Positions 63,241 to 64,000 of a stretch of 64,000 nt of DNA are shown in pieces. The stretch covers positions 18,717 to 82,716 of the forward strand of contig CAJJQF010000002.1 in assembly GCA_905193815.1 (NCBI GenBank). The letters run 5' to 3'. The DNA is from an uncultured Collinsella sp. GTDB taxonomy: Bacteria > Actinomycetota > Coriobacteriia > Coriobacteriales > Coriobacteriaceae. Both the position numbers and the translations under genes were made by a program. Each line of letters opens with the position of its first letter. Within the stretch, counting starts at the first letter, position 1. The notes beneath the pieces were generated by a model, which had not been told where the DNA came from, searched no databases, and saw only the letters and a program-made list of their open reading frames with translations.

Positions 63241-64000
63241 CCATCGATATCGACACCGCACGCCCCTACCAGGTGCATGTTGGCACGTTTTTGCTGGAGC
63301 AGGCGGGACCGCTCGTGCGCGCCACTGCCGGCGGCACCAAGGCCGTCATCGTGACGGACACCAACGTGGGCCCGCTCTACCAGATGCCCGTTAAACAGAG
63401 CCTGGAGGCGTCAGGCTACGAGGTGAGCATCTGCACCTTCGAGGCAGGCGAGGCCCATAAGCGCGCCGAAACCTATGTTGCCATTTTGGAGTTTGTGGCC
63501 GAGCACGAGCTTTCGCGCTCCGACGTGATCGTGGCACTCGGCGGCGGCGTCGTGGGCGACGTGGCGGGCTTTGTGGCCGCCACCTACATGCGCGGCTGCA
63601 AGTTTGTGCAGATCCCAACGAGCCTGCTCGCCATGGTGGATTCGTCGGTGGGCGGCAAGACTGCCATCGACCTGGCCGCCGGCAAGAACTTGGCCGGCGC
63701 CTTTTGGCAGCCGAGCGTGGTTATCGCCGACGTGGGGTGCCTGGCCACCCTCACGCCCGAGCAGTTCGCCGACGGCTGTGGCGAGGTCGTCAAGCACGCC
63801 GTGATCGCCGACCCGGAGCTTTTCGCCGAGCTGGAGAAGACTCCGCTCACGCTGGAGCTGCTCAACCGCGATGTGGCCCGCGTAGCGCTCATCATCGCCC
63901 GCAATATCGACATCAAGCGCGCCGTGGTCGTCGCCGACGAGCGCGAAACCAACCAACGCAAGCTCCTCAACTTTGGACACAGCGCCGGACATGCCGTCGA
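63241..64000 (+). CDS. aroB: 3-dehydroquinate synthase (5' portion; continues past window end)
   Basis: MAITIDIDTARPYQVHVG...GGGVVGDVAGFVAATYMRG...; open to the window edge. Confidence 0.85.

Overview
This 64-kb window is a high-GC (~64-65%) chromosomal backbone segment. Its gene order matches the conserved actinobacterial core (Mycobacterium-like), with some Firmicutes-like substitutions, so it is probably from a Coriobacteriia-type anaerobe. I call 62 protein-coding genes, 60 of them on the minus strand, plus one tRNA-Arg(CCG).

By increasing coordinate, the genes are:
- a partial membrane-protein gene at the left edge
- thiI, rpoZ, gmk, mihF
- the pyr operon: pyrF, pyrD, pyrK, pyrC, pyrB, pyrR
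- rpmB (plus strand)
- adhE plus an APH-family kinase (plus strand)
- proS, ispG, rseP, dxr, cdsA, uppS, frr, pyrH, tsf, rpsB
- xerC, trmFO, dprA, comM, yraN, rnhB, rplS
- ppdK and its regulatory kinase PDRP
- glyS, glyQ, lepB, trmD, rimM, a KH-domain protein, rpsP
- dinB (plus strand)
- rsfS, yqeK, nadD, obg, rpmA, rplU
- an uncharacterized radical-SAM protein with its DUF2344 partner, then a 309-aa hypothetical
- rodA, mrdA, mreD, mreC, mreB
- a TPR membrane protein, a cyclophilin, a double zinc-ribbon membrane protein, a P-type ATPase
- tRNA-Arg
- aroG, tyrA and the start of aroB (plus strand)

I found no mobile element, CRISPR array, prophage, toxin-antitoxin pair or recognisable defence island. 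The long ORFs antisense to real genes are GC3 codon-bias artefacts.

I did not find a clearly novel multi-gene system. The most interesting signals are:
- an AT-rich region upstream of ppdK with four helically phased GGTAAA repeats and a 15-bp palindrome, which looks like an activator-dependent promoter;
- a conserved but uncharacterized radical-SAM/DUF2344 pair plus the 309-aa unknown protein, wedged between the rodA-mrdA-mreDCB morphogenetic operon and rplU-rpmA-obg, where RNase E/G sits in related gene orders;
- a perfect 11-bp-arm palindrome upstream of adhE;
- a terminator-like hairpin immediately upstream of aroG;
- an unusual upstream cluster (TPR protein, cyclophilin, zinc-ribbon protein, Ca/Mg-type ATPase) ahead of mreB;
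- several synteny breakpoints relative to the actinobacterial backbone.

All motif coordinates were read by eye and may be off by 1-3 nt.
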